Positions 28,470 to 37,399 of a stretch of DNA of 64,000 nucleotides are shown piece after piece. How positions within the stretch are numbered: the stretch's first letter is position 1; every line of letters begins with the position of its first letter. The notes under the pieces were generated by a model. That model did no database searches. It had not been told where the DNA came from and was given only the letters and a program-made list of their open reading frames with translations. The stretch covers positions 96,001 to 160,000 of the forward strand of contig CAWDDT010000013.1 of the NCBI GenBank assembly GCA_963801165.1, in the 5' to 3' direction. The stretch is from an uncultured bacterium (GTDB lineage Bacteria > Actinomycetota > Acidimicrobiia > Spongiisociales > UBA5794). The translations under genes were made by a program, and so were the position numbers.

Positions 28470-29570
28470 TCACAGAAGAACTACGAGGTCATCGCGATGG
28501 ATGACCTCACCACCCACCTCCGACGTGTGCCGGCCGGCTACCTCTGCCAGATGCGACGATCCGACCCCGGCGAGCCCCTTGCCGACGAGACCACCCTCGC
28601 CATCGACAATCTCTACCGCGTCGCCAACCGAGAACTCGCCGTCGCAGCCCGTCACCCCCACCGCAAGCAGCGAGCCGCCCCGCTCCTTGACGGCGTAGGC
28701 GGCACCGGCGTCGACGTGAATCCGGCCACACGAAGGCAATCCGAATGCAATCCACAGCTTCCTGGCCGACAGGCGGTTCTCCCGCGGAGCGATCCAGGTG
28801 CCGACATCCTCACCTGCTACCGCTTTGGAAGCAGCGCCCGGGTCGTTTGCAGCAGCGATGACGGTCGGTATCCCCGACCACGCCGCCATCCGGGCGGCGG
28901 CGATCTTGGTGGCCACCCCACCCGATCCGAGCGCACCAGTACCGCGATTGAGGTGGAGCGTGTCGAGCACCTGGTCGGTGTCGCGCACGGCTGTGATCAG
29001 CTGGGCCGCATCATCGAGGCGTGGATCGTTGTCGTAGATGCCGCTGGTATCGGTCAGGATGATGAGCAGGGCAGCGTCGACCAGATGCGACACGATGGCC
29101 GCCAATCGGTCGTTGTCGCCGAATTTGAGCTCGTCGACAACAACGGTGTCGTTCTCATTGACGATCGGCACGATCCCGAGACTGAGCATCCTCTCAAAGG
29201 CATCCCGGGCGTGGAGGTACTGGCCGCGGCGGGCGACCACGTCACGGGTGATCAGCACCTGACCGACTATCAAGTCCCTCTTGCCGAACTCGGCCGAGTA
29301 GCTCTCCATCAGCTTGCCCTGGCCGACGGCGGCCGCGACCTGGAGACCCGGCATGTCGGCGGGGCGCTCCGTCAGCCCCATGGTCGCCAGACCAGCGGCC
29401 ACCGCACCGGACGACACCAGCACAGTCGGGTAGCCGCCTCGCAAGAGCGCGGCCACCTGCTCGACGGTCCGCACCAGCCCGGCCAGGTCGATACCTCCCA
29501 AGGGCGAGGCAAGGCTCGACGATCCGACTTTCACGACGATCGGTCTGCCCGTAGCGGCCTTGGTCCTCAC
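28470..29570 (-). CDS. proB: Glutamate 5-kinase with PUA domain
   Basis: VVKVGSS, VSSGAV, AAVGQ, NENDTV, FGDNDRL, IHRDDLV. Confidence 0.96.
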   Translation of the reverse strand: MRTKAATGRPIVVKVGSSSLASPLGGIDLAGLVRTVEQVAALLRGGYPTVLVSSGAVAAGLATMGLTERPADMPGLQVAAAVGQGKLMESYSAEFGKRDLIVGQVLITRDVVARRGQYLHARDAFERMLSLGIVPIVNENDTVVVDELKFGDNDRLAAIVSHLVDAALLIILTDTSGIYDNDPRLDDAAQLITAVRDTDQVLDTLHLNRGTGALGSGGVATKIAAARMAAWSGIPTVIAAANDPGAASKAVAGEDVGTWIAPRENRLSARKLWIAFGLPSCGRIHVDAGAAYAVKERGGSLLAVGVTGCDGEFSVGDAVEIVDGEGGLVGKGLAGVGSSHLAEVAGRHTSEVGGEVIHRDDLVVLL

Positions 29571-30856
29571 ACGTCTTCCTCGTCTTCCGGGGCCCCTGTA
29601 GCGGGCTCGTAGGTGAAGACAATATCGCCGATACGCACGTCTTCCCCGGCAACTGCCCCGGCAGCGGCTAGTGCCTCATCAACTCCGAGCCGGCTCAAAC
29701 GCCTGGCGGCGAGATCGGCGGCGGCGCCGACGGTGAGATCGTCGAGGTTGACCGCCCGTTCCGCCACCTTGCCGCTCACAACCCACTGATCCCCTTCCCT
29801 GGCGACCGTGAAGGTCTCGGGTAGCGGGCGATGGAGCAGATAGCCGGCTCGGTCGGGCGCCTCGCGCACATGGGTTTCGACCGCCGCCCCAATCGCATAC
29901 AGCAGGTCGGTGACGCCCACGCCCGTGATGCCCGAGATCCGATGGACGGGCAGGTCGATCCGGCTCCCCAACTCATCAGCAACCGACGCCTCCTCGAGGG
30001 CGTCGACTTTGTTGAGAACGACGATGCGCCGTCGCCCTGCCAGCTCCGGCGAGTGTTTCTCCAGCTCCCTGGTGAGCACGTCATACTGCGCTATCACCGG
30101 ATCGGTCTGGAGTGGCGTTGGGTCGAGGAGAATAACCAGGACCCGCGCCCTCTCTACGTGACGGAGGAACTCGTGCCCCAACCCCTTCCCGTCTGCGGCC
30201 CCCTCGACGAGCCCCGGGATGTCTGCGAGCACGAACTCGTAGTCATCGACCGAAACGACCCCGAGGTTCGGAGTGAGCGTTGTGAAGGGGTAGTCGGCGA
30301 TCTTGGGCCTCGCCTCCGATACCCGGGAGATGAGGGTGGACTTTCCTGAGTTGGGGTAACCAACGAGGGCGGCGTCGGCGATGAGCTTGAGCTCGAGCAT
30401 CACCGAGCGCTCCTCGCCGTACTCCCCCTGCTCGGCATACGTCGGTGCTCGGTGCGCACGTGCGACCAAAGCGGCGTTTCCCCGACCGGCGCGACCACCC
30501 GCTGCGATACGAACCTGCTGATCGGGCTCGACCAGGTCCGCCAGAAGGGTGCCGTCGAGGTCGCGAACCAATGTACCGAGCGGGACGGGCAGGATCAGGT
30601 CGTCACCGGCCCGCCCATGGCGCAGATCGCCCTCACCGTGTGTTCCCGACGAGGCCTTCCAGTGTGGCTTGCGCGCGTAGCGCAGCAATGTGGCCATGGC
30701 AGGATCGGCCGTGACGATCACTGATCCGCCGGAACCACCCGAGCCACCGACGGGTTTGCCGCGCGGTTTGCCCTTCTGACGCTGAAACGATGCCACGCCG
30801 GCGCCACCGGAACCACCCTTGGCGTGAACGACGACCTGGTCTACGAAGGAAGCCAC
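29567..30856 (-). CDS. obgE: GTPase ObgE
   Basis: Gly-rich N-terminus, GYPNSGKST, DYPFTT, DIPGLVEGA, NKVD, C-terminal OCT domain. Confidence 0.97.
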   Translation of the reverse strand: MASFVDQVVVHAKGGSGGAGVASFQRQKGKPRGKPVGGSGGSGGSVIVTADPAMATLLRYARKPHWKASSGTHGEGDLRHGRAGDDLILPVPLGTLVRDLDGTLLADLVEPDQQVRIAAGGRAGRGNAALVARAHRAPTYAEQGEYGEERSVMLELKLIADAALVGYPNSGKSTLISRVSEARPKIADYPFTTLTPNLGVVSVDDYEFVLADIPGLVEGAADGKGLGHEFLRHVERARVLVILLDPTPLQTDPVIAQYDVLTRELEKHSPELAGRRRIVVLNKVDALEEASVADELGSRIDLPVHRISGITGVGVTDLLYAIGAAVETHVREAPDRAGYLLHRPLPETFTVAREGDQWVVSGKVAERAVNLDDLTVGAAADLAARRLSRLGVDEALAAAGAVAGEDVRIGDIVFTYEPATGAPEDEEDV

Positions 30857-30871
30857 CTACGAGGCTTCGGT

Positions 30872-31126
30872 TCAGGAGTCTATGAGGACGCTCACCTGGC
30901 GGCGGCCCCTGCGGGTGCCGTACTCGACCACACCGTCGGTCTTGGCGAACAGCGTGTCATCGCTGCCCCGACCGACGTTGAGCCCCGGATGGATCCTCGT
31001 GCCGCGTTGCCTGACCAGGATCGAGCCTGCCGTGACCGTCTGCCCGTCGAATACCTTGGGGCCGAGCCGCTGTGCCGCAGAGTCGCGACCGTTGCGGGTC
31101 GAGCCACCCGCCTTTGTCTTTGACAT
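30872..31126 (-). CDS. rpmA: 50S ribosomal protein L27
   Basis: [10 protein letters not shown]...[10 protein letters not shown]. Confidence 0.97.
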   Translation of the reverse strand: MSKTKAGGSTRNGRDSAAQRLGPKVFDGQTVTAGSILVRQRGTRIHPGLNVGRGSDDTLFAKTDGVVEYGTRRGRRQVSVLIDS

Positions 31127-31129
31127 TGT

Positions 31130-31504
31130 CTACTTCTCCTCGGCTGTAGCGACTGCTTCGTCCGCCGCGGCCTTTGCCTTCTTCTTGGCGCCGCCCGAGA
31201 CGGTGATCTTCGTCACCTTGATGGTGGTGTACGTCTGCCGGTGACCGGCGCTTCTGCGGTAGCCGGTCTTGTTCTTGTACTTGAAGACGTCGATCTTGTC
31301 ACCGCGGTGCTCGCCCACGATCTCGGCGGTCACCTTGGCCTTTTCCAGCTTCTTTGTATCGGAAATGACGGTGCCGTCGTCCTTGACGATCAAGAGCGGG
31401 GTGAAGGTGATATCGCCGGTGGCCTTGAGACGCTCGACGTCGAGAACGTCGCCTTCACTTACCTTGGATTGTTTCCCGCCGGCGCGGATGATCGCGTACA
31501 TCAT
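31130..31504 (-). CDS. rplU: 50S ribosomal protein L21
   Basis: MYAIIRAGGKQ...KYKNKTGYRRSAGHRQ; short Lys/Ala-rich tail. Confidence 0.96.
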   Translation of the reverse strand: MMYAIIRAGGKQSKVSEGDVLDVERLKATGDITFTPLLIVKDDGTVISDTKKLEKAKVTAEIVGEHRGDKIDVFKYKNKTGYRRSAGHRQTYTTIKVTKITVSGGAKKKAKAAADEAVATAEEK

Positions 31505-31626
31505 TTCCTCCGAGATCCCCGGACAACTAATCGTGCCGGTGCTCCGCCCGGACGCGAAGAGACAGACTCCTCGGCGAGCGATGACGCATGTTAGTACACC
31601 GCCTCCAAACCCGAAACCGAGCTTAT

Positions 31627-31829
31627 CCTTCTCCCCCTGGGAAAAGTGCCAAGCGAAGCGAAGGCGGGCCAACTTCTTCCTTCTCCCTCTGGGAGAAGTG
31701 CCGAGCGGAGCGAAGGCGATGAGGGCCTTGCGAAGATGCGCGCTGGTCGACCCAGCAGATCGAGGCGTTCGAGACCACCGCCACCACCGCCTCGGTCGCT
31801 TCGCTCCTCGTCCCCCTGGAAGGGGGAAC
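31627..31829. repeat. REP-like palindrome cluster
   Basis: Two direct copies of ccttctccc(c/t)ctggga(a/g)aagtgcc(a/g)agcg(a/g)agcgaaggcg (31627, 31679) and a related inverted unit at 31781-31829. Confidence 0.75.
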
Positions 31830-31842
31830 TAGCGTTGTGTGC

Positions 31843-33375
31843 CTAGTGTCCGTTGCTTGGGAGCGGGGAGCCTGCGGTCGCCGCATCCTCGTACAGGACC
31901 ACGCCACGACCATTGCAGTGGGGGCATAAGTCGCTGAACGACTCGAGCAGACCTGCCGACACGTTCTTGCGGGTCATCTCCACGAGACCGAGGTTCGAGA
32001 CGTCGAAGACCTGGGTCCTCGTCTTGTCCTTCGCCAGATGCTCACGAAGCCGGAGCAACACTGCTGCCCGATTCTTGAGTATCTCCATGTCGATGAAGTC
32101 GATGACGATGATCCCCCCGATGTCCCGCAGCCGGAGCTGGCGGGCGATCTCCTCGGCTGCCTCCAAATTGTTCTGGAGGACCGTCTCCTCGAGATTGGAC
32201 CGCCCGACGAACCGGCCGGTGTTGACATCGATGACGGTCAACGCCTCGGTGCGGTCGACGACGATGTGACCGCCTGACGGCAGCCACACCTTGCGATCGA
32301 GAGCCTTGCGCAGCTGATCCTCGACATGGAAGCGCTCGAAGATCGGCAACTCGTCCTCGTACATCGTTACCTTGTCGAGGAGATCGGCCTCCGTGCCCTC
32401 GAGATAGGCGAGCGCCTGCTCATAGGTCGTGGGATCGTCGACGAGCAGGCGGCGGAAATCTGCTGTGAAGTGCTCACGGATGACCCTGAGGATGAGCGGC
32501 GGCTCCTCGTACAGAAGAGCGGGCGCCTTGACTTCTGTGGTCCCTTCGATGTCTTCCCAGATCCCGAGCAGTCGCTTGATATCGGCTTGGATATCCTCTT
32601 TCGATGCCCCCTCGGCGGCCGTTCGCACAATTACACCCATCCCCTTGGGACGGACCTCGGCAATCACCGAACGCAACCGGCGACGCTCCTCGTCGGGGAG
32701 CCGGCGCGATATACCACGCACATCCGAGTCGGGCGCAAGCACCAGATAGCGGCCGGCGAGACTGATCTGGTTGGTGAGTCGGGCGCCTTTGTGCCCGAGG
32801 GCATCCTTGACGACCTGAACCAATACGGTGTCACCTGGCTTCATCACCAATTCGATCCGATGGGCCTTGCCCTCGATCTCGGCGTCGTCGTAATTGACGT
32901 CACCGGCGTAGAGGACCCCGTTCTTGCCTTCGCCGAAGTCGACGAACGCCGCCTCCATCCCCGGTAGGACATTGCGTACCTTGCCGCGATAGACGTTGCC
33001 GACAAGCGACTTCTGGTCGGATCGTGTGACGTAGTGCTCTACTAGCACCGGGCCTTCGAGCACCACGATCTGGGTTTGATGAGGGCTGGAACGCACCAGC
33101 ATCTGCTTGCGTGCCGTATTGGGCGGCTGGACCACCTCGAGATGCGGCCGAGTCTGGCGCCGTTCACCACTATGAGCCCTGGAACGGGTGTTGGTGCGAG
33201 CCGCAGACTTGCTCCGACCGCCGTGGTTCTTTGTCTGCGATTGGCCCCGTGTCTGTGTGGAGCTATGAGTCTTCTGTTTCTCAGAGCCGGAGGGCTTGGC
33301 CCGCTCCCGCGACTCTGGTTCCTCGACCGCTCCCCGGCGGACTACCCGCGCGGTCTTCTTCCGGAACAATGGCAT
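31843..33375 (-). CDS. rne: Ribonuclease E/G family
   Basis: S1 domain (GNVYRGKVRNVLPGMEAAFVDFG), TEALTVIDVNTG, IIVIDFIDM, CPHCNGRG; AAGGAG RBS before ATG 33375. Confidence 0.93.
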   Translation of the reverse strand: MPLFRKKTARVVRRGAVEEPESRERAKPSGSEKQKTHSSTQTRGQSQTKNHGGRSKSAARTNTRSRAHSGERRQTRPHLEVVQPPNTARKQMLVRSSPHQTQIVVLEGPVLVEHYVTRSDQKSLVGNVYRGKVRNVLPGMEAAFVDFGEGKNGVLYAGDVNYDDAEIEGKAHRIELVMKPGDTVLVQVVKDALGHKGARLTNQISLAGRYLVLAPDSDVRGISRRLPDEERRRLRSVIAEVRPKGMGVIVRTAAEGASKEDIQADIKRLLGIWEDIEGTTEVKAPALLYEEPPLILRVIREHFTADFRRLLVDDPTTYEQALAYLEGTEADLLDKVTMYEDELPIFERFHVEDQLRKALDRKVWLPSGGHIVVDRTEALTVIDVNTGRFVGRSNLEETVLQNNLEAAEEIARQLRLRDIGGIIVIDFIDMEILKNRAAVLLRLREHLAKDKTRTQVFDVSNLGLVEMTRKNVSAGLLESFSDLCPHCNGRGVVLYEDAATAGSPLPSNGH

Positions 33376-33384
33376 TGGTGATCT

Positions 33385-33725
33385 CCTTGAGACGCCCCAT
33401 TGGGCGAGACAGCGATGACGGCATGATTGCCGGTGTCGGTAATGCGTTCTCGATGAAGCCGGGCGAGCACTCAACGACCGAAGCCCAACTGGCAAGAGCG
33501 GCTGTAAAGCCGACGACTGACGGGTCGATCGTTGATTCTGGATGTGCGAAACTAGCTCGCATCCTCTGTCCCTGAATCGAGAAGCGCGTCCGCTCGAAAG
33601 AGCGGCTCGGCACCCTCGAAGGGTAGCAGAAATGCCGCTAGAACTGGCGGATCTTCCCGATCACTATCGGCGCATCTGTGGGCTGTCCTGAGCGTTTCGG
33701 GATCCGAGGCGGTATCGCCGCCTGG
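33385..33725. ncRNA. Candidate structured RNA / long rne leader
   Basis: About nine short hairpins plus longer-range helices in the ~380-nt gap between rne and tdk; family not recognised. Confidence 0.4.
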
Positions 33726-33753
33726 TCCCGGCCGCCTGCTACGCTCATCATCC

Positions 33754-34344
33754 ATGCACCGACGATCTGACCAGGGCTGGCTCGAGGTGATCTCGGGGCC
33801 CATGTTCTCAGGTAAAAGCGAGGAGCTGATCAGACGGATTGTCCGCTACCAGCTCGCCAGAGTCCCTACCCAGACATTCAAGCCCGAGCTCGATACACGG
33901 TATGCCGAAGAGATGGTGGTCTCTCACAGCAATCTCTCGGTTTCGGCACAATCCGTTGCCGATTCCGCATCGCTTCTTTCGGCGATCGAAGACCGGACGA
34001 TCGTCGTCGGCATCGATGAGGGCCAATTCTTCGATATCGGGCTTATCGAGGTGGCCATGCTGCTGGCCAAGGCAGGCAAGCAGGTCATCGTCGCCGGGCT
34101 CGATCTCGACTACCTCGGCAGGCCTTTCGAGCCGATCCCTTCGCTGATGCTGCGAGCCGAGTACGTAACCAAGAGCCTGGCCGTCTGTCATCGCTGCGGG
34201 GGTCCAGGCCTGTTCACCCAACGGGTTGTTGATTCCGACGAGCTCGTGGTCCTGGGTGCCACAGACGCCTACGAGGCCCGGTGCCGCCGCTGCTACGACC
34301 CTCACGAGGCCAAACAGACCCGTCTCCAGCTCGTCGAAGACTGA
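33754..34344 (+). CDS. tdk: Thymidine kinase
   Basis: GPMFSGKSEEL, IDEGQFF, AGLDLDY, CHRCG, YEARCRRC. Confidence 0.96.
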   Translation: MHRRSDQGWLEVISGPMFSGKSEELIRRIVRYQLARVPTQTFKPELDTRYAEEMVVSHSNLSVSAQSVADSASLLSAIEDRTIVVGIDEGQFFDIGLIEVAMLLAKAGKQVIVAGLDLDYLGRPFEPIPSLMLRAEYVTKSLAVCHRCGGPGLFTQRVVDSDELVVLGATDAYEARCRRCYDPHEAKQTRLQLVED

Positions 34345-34350
34345 CCCGTC

Positions 34351-35007
34351 TCAGCCGAAGCCCGTGTACCCGGTATCCAGCATGGTCACCGTCGAGGGGC
34401 CTGCGTCTTCATCCAGAGGTTCCAACGTCACCCACATTCGCGGGAAGTCGCCACGACGAACTCCGGCCCACAGCTCGACATGTCCTCCCGAGTGGAACGT
34501 GCCCGCCGAAACGTGAGTGGAGCCCTGGCTCAGCCAGAACTCGTAGATGTAGCCTCTCGGTGCAGGATCCAGCCCGGAAACAGCGAGCATCATCCGGGTA
34601 CCCGCATCCTCGTTCCATCCACTCACTGTGGCGACGGCGTTCGGTGCCAGATCGGTCGCAGGCAGAGCGACCTCCCAGTCCGGGGCCCGGTGACGCATTG
34701 CCAGCGCCGATCCCACAAGCGACACGATCACGATCACTGCTGCCACCGATACAACTCCGACCCACCAGCGTCGCATCGGGGTCACCCGCGGTTTGGGCGA
34801 TTCTCCCGATGAGGCGATCAGCGCCTCGATCTGATCGCCGAGCTCCGGCGACGGCTCCTCCCACAACATGGAGGTACCGAGGGCGTCCCGCATCTCGCGA
34901 AGCCGCGTGGCCTGCGACCGGCATGCCGCACACGAATCGACGTGCGCGCCGGTTGCACCGTCCTCATCCCCGGCTAGCACCGCGGCACGGAACTCATCGC
35001 AGTTCAT
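34351..35007 (-). CDS. Anti-sigma factor (ZAS HxxxCxxC, TM, RskA-like domain)
   Basis: AHVDSCAAC, TM helix, GLDPAPRGYIYEFWL...SAGTF...VTLEP. Confidence 0.85.
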   Translation of the reverse strand: MNCDEFRAAVLAGDEDGATGAHVDSCAACRSQATRLREMRDALGTSMLWEEPSPELGDQIEALIASSGESPKPRVTPMRRWWVGVVSVAAVIVIVSLVGSALAMRHRAPDWEVALPATDLAPNAVATVSGWNEDAGTRMMLAVSGLDPAPRGYIYEFWLSQGSTHVSAGTFHSGGHVELWAGVRRGDFPRMWVTLEPLDEDAGPSTVTMLDTGYTGFG

Positions 35008-35540
35008 GCGCTCATCTCTTTCAAATGCCCTAGTAGGCTCGCCATCTTCTTGTGGGCACGATACGAGCGGGACTTGACCGTGCCCACCGGCAGACCAAGC
35101 CGCTCGGCGGTCTCCTCATGAGTCATACCCAGGTAGTGAGTGGCCCGCATGATCGCTCGCTCCTCCTCCGTGAGTTTGTCCAGTGCCGACCGTACCTGCC
35201 ACGCCTCCCATGTCCCCTCGAAACTCGGCGACAGTACTGCCACCTCGGCATCGTGCTCGTCGACGGTCTGATGCCGGCGCTCACGCCGGTACAGATCAAC
35301 GGCGACGCGCCGGGCTATCGCATAGAGCCAGGGGCCGGGGTCACGTTCGGGATCGAAGCGGCTCGCAGCTCGCCACGCCTGCAGAAAGGTCTGCTGGACG
35401 GCCTCCTCGGCCAGCCCACGGTCGCCCAGGGCCCCGAAGGCCACAGTGAACACCGCTCTGCCGTACTCCTGGTACAGCTCACGGACGGCGTCGCCTTCAC
35501 CCTCGCTGAAGCGCCTGATCGTCCTCGTGGACACCTTCAC
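35004..35540 (-). CDS. ECF sigma factor (SigK-like)
   Basis: AEEAVQQTFLQAWRAASRFDP, WLYAIARR, LGLPVGTVKSR; GTG start at 35540 after GGAGGG. Confidence 0.9.
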   Translation of the reverse strand: MKVSTRTIRRFSEGEGDAVRELYQEYGRAVFTVAFGALGDRGLAEEAVQQTFLQAWRAASRFDPERDPGPWLYAIARRVAVDLYRRERRHQTVDEHDAEVAVLSPSFEGTWEAWQVRSALDKLTEEERAIMRATHYLGMTHEETAERLGLPVGTVKSRSYRAHKKMASLLGHLKEMSA

Positions 35541-35640
35541 TGCTCCCTCCTTGGCATCCGGGCGGGCCGGCAGCATGAGACTAGGGGATTCACCAGAATC
35601 TTGCTGGACAAACGTCTCGCCGCCGGCCCGCCCGCCGTCC

Positions 35641-36174
35641 TCACATGCCTACCGCATCTCCTGCAGGCGAAACCACGTACCAGACATCGCCAACACCCTG
35701 ACCATTGACGTCACCGGGAGCCGCATCATGGGCGAAGTAGTACAACGGCCAACCGTTGTACGTCACCTGATCGGTACCGTCGGTACGGGCCGCCGTGCCC
35801 AACAACGACCCATCGACACCGTCACCGGCCGCAACGTCACCAACCAGCGGAGGCCAATTCCCCTCACACGAGTCGTAGCACGTGCTCGCCCCCTGGGCAT
35901 CAGGCTCGAAAACATACAACGTGTTCCCGTCACCATCTACAAGGATGTCGCCGAGATCCGATGACGCCACCGCGAGCGTGATCGCTCCGGCGCTTGGAGC
36001 GGTGGTCGTCTCCGCGGCCGCAGTCGTCTCCGGGGCCGCAGACGTCGTCGTCGCCGTCGCCGCCGTTGTGGTCGTCGCTGCGGGCGCCGTGGTTGTTGTT
36101 TCGGCGTCACCGCCTCCGCCGCACGCCGCAGCGAGCAACATCAGCGCGACCACAAGACCTAGTTTGAGCTTCAC
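35641..36174 (-). CDS. Secreted lipoprotein with repeated Y-X4-D motif (COG4315-like)
   Basis: Lipobox LAAAC, Thr/Ala linker, GNTLYVFEPD, CEGNWPP, QVTYNGWPLYYFAHD, GQGVGDVW. Confidence 0.88.
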   Translation of the reverse strand: MKLKLGLVVALMLLAAACGGGGDAETTTTAPAATTTTAATATTTSAAPETTAAAETTTAPSAGAITLAVASSDLGDILVDGDGNTLYVFEPDAQGASTCYDSCEGNWPPLVGDVAAGDGVDGSLLGTAARTDGTDQVTYNGWPLYYFAHDAAPGDVNGQGVGDVWYVVSPAGDAVGM

Positions 36175-36205
36175 CTTGCCTCCTGTACTCGGATTGTGCC
36201 CCGCT

Positions 36206-36232
36206 ATACGGAGGAGGTGCGATTTTCGGTTC
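36206..36232 (-). promoter_or_regulatory. Putative ECF promoter GAACC-N17-CGTAT
   Basis: AAC/CGT ECF-type boxes about 30 nt upstream of the lipoprotein gene adjacent to the sigma/anti-sigma pair. Confidence 0.5.
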
Positions 36233-36235
36233 TGC

Positions 36236-37399
36236 TCAGATGTCGACGTCTGCGGGCACCGGAGATCGTCGCATCCACACTGAATGACCCAGCCCGAGGG
36301 CGAGGCTCATCGCAAGGAACGAGGTCCCCCCTGCGCTGAGAAACGGGAGCGGCAGGCCGGTCACCGGGGTGATCCTCACGGTCATCCCGATATTGACGAA
36401 TGCTTGGAACACGAGCATGGCGGCCACCCCGATCGCCATGAGCTGGCTGAAACGATCACGCCCGTTGGCCGCCGCCGCCAGCAGACGCCAGGTGATGATG
36501 GCAAACAAGGCGATGACCACCGTCGCTCCAATGAACCCGAGTTGCTCACCGATAGCCGTGAAGATGAAGTCGGTCGATTGTTGTGGCACGAAGGACAGGT
36601 TGGTCTGTGTGCCCTGGAAGAGACCGCGCCCGAAGATGCCCCCGGCGCCGACTGCGACCTTGCTCCGGGCGAGGTTGTACCCCGTGTTGGCCAGGTCGGC
36701 GGCGGGGTCGAGGAACGCAGTGATCCGGCTTATCTGGTAATCCCTGATGGCACCTACCTTGAACAGGCTCACCGAGCCCACGACCGCGGCGATCGTCAAG
36801 AAGGCGAATTGACGCCACGTGGTTCCTGCGCTGAACACCATGATGATGGCAACGAAGGCGAACACGAGCATCGTGCCCAGGTCGGGTTGTAGAAAGATCA
36901 GACCGGCAGGGACGGCCACCAGTGCAACCGCACGAGCCACCTCCATCCAGTGCAGAGCCTTATCACGGGACGACGCCAGCAATACTGCCAGCGCCAGCAT
37001 GACCGCTATCTTCGCCAGCTCCGACGGCTGGAACTGGATGCCTCCGATCGGAATCCAGCGGTTGGCGCCCGCCCTTGCCGGACTGCGCAGAACAACGAGC
37101 AACGTGAGCAGACTCCCGCCATAGAGGATCGGGATCAACGTCTTGAGTGTCCTCGGCTCAACGAGCGACGTGGCGATAAAGCCGACGATTCCGATCGCCA
37201 CCCAGATGGACTGGCGCACCACAAGCGACGTGGGGCTCTCGTTGTTGGCGATCAGCCCGGGCGCCGACGCCGAGTAGACCATCACCAACCCGAGCCCGGT
37301 CAGAGCAAGGTAGGCGATGATCAGTACGAGATCGGGTCGCAGCGGCTGCTCCCGCTGGAGCAGCGTTACCGGCTCGGTACGGCGGGCGGTGAGGACCAT
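36236..37399 (-). CDS. rodA: Rod shape-determining SEDS glycosyltransferase RodA
   Basis: FQPSELAK, QPDLGT, TDFIF, PVTGLPLPFLSAGGTS. Confidence 0.94.
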   Translation of the reverse strand: MVLTARRTEPVTLLQREQPLRPDLVLIIAYLALTGLGLVMVYSASAPGLIANNESPTSLVVRQSIWVAIGIVGFIATSLVEPRTLKTLIPILYGGSLLTLLVVLRSPARAGANRWIPIGGIQFQPSELAKIAVMLALAVLLASSRDKALHWMEVARAVALVAVPAGLIFLQPDLGTMLVFAFVAIIMVFSAGTTWRQFAFLTIAAVVGSVSLFKVGAIRDYQISRITAFLDPAADLANTGYNLARSKVAVGAGGIFGRGLFQGTQTNLSFVPQQSTDFIFTAIGEQLGFIGATVVIALFAIITWRLLAAAANGRDRFSQLMAIGVAAMLVFQAFVNIGMTVRITPVTGLPLPFLSAGGTSFLAMSLALGLGHSVWMRRSPVPADVDI

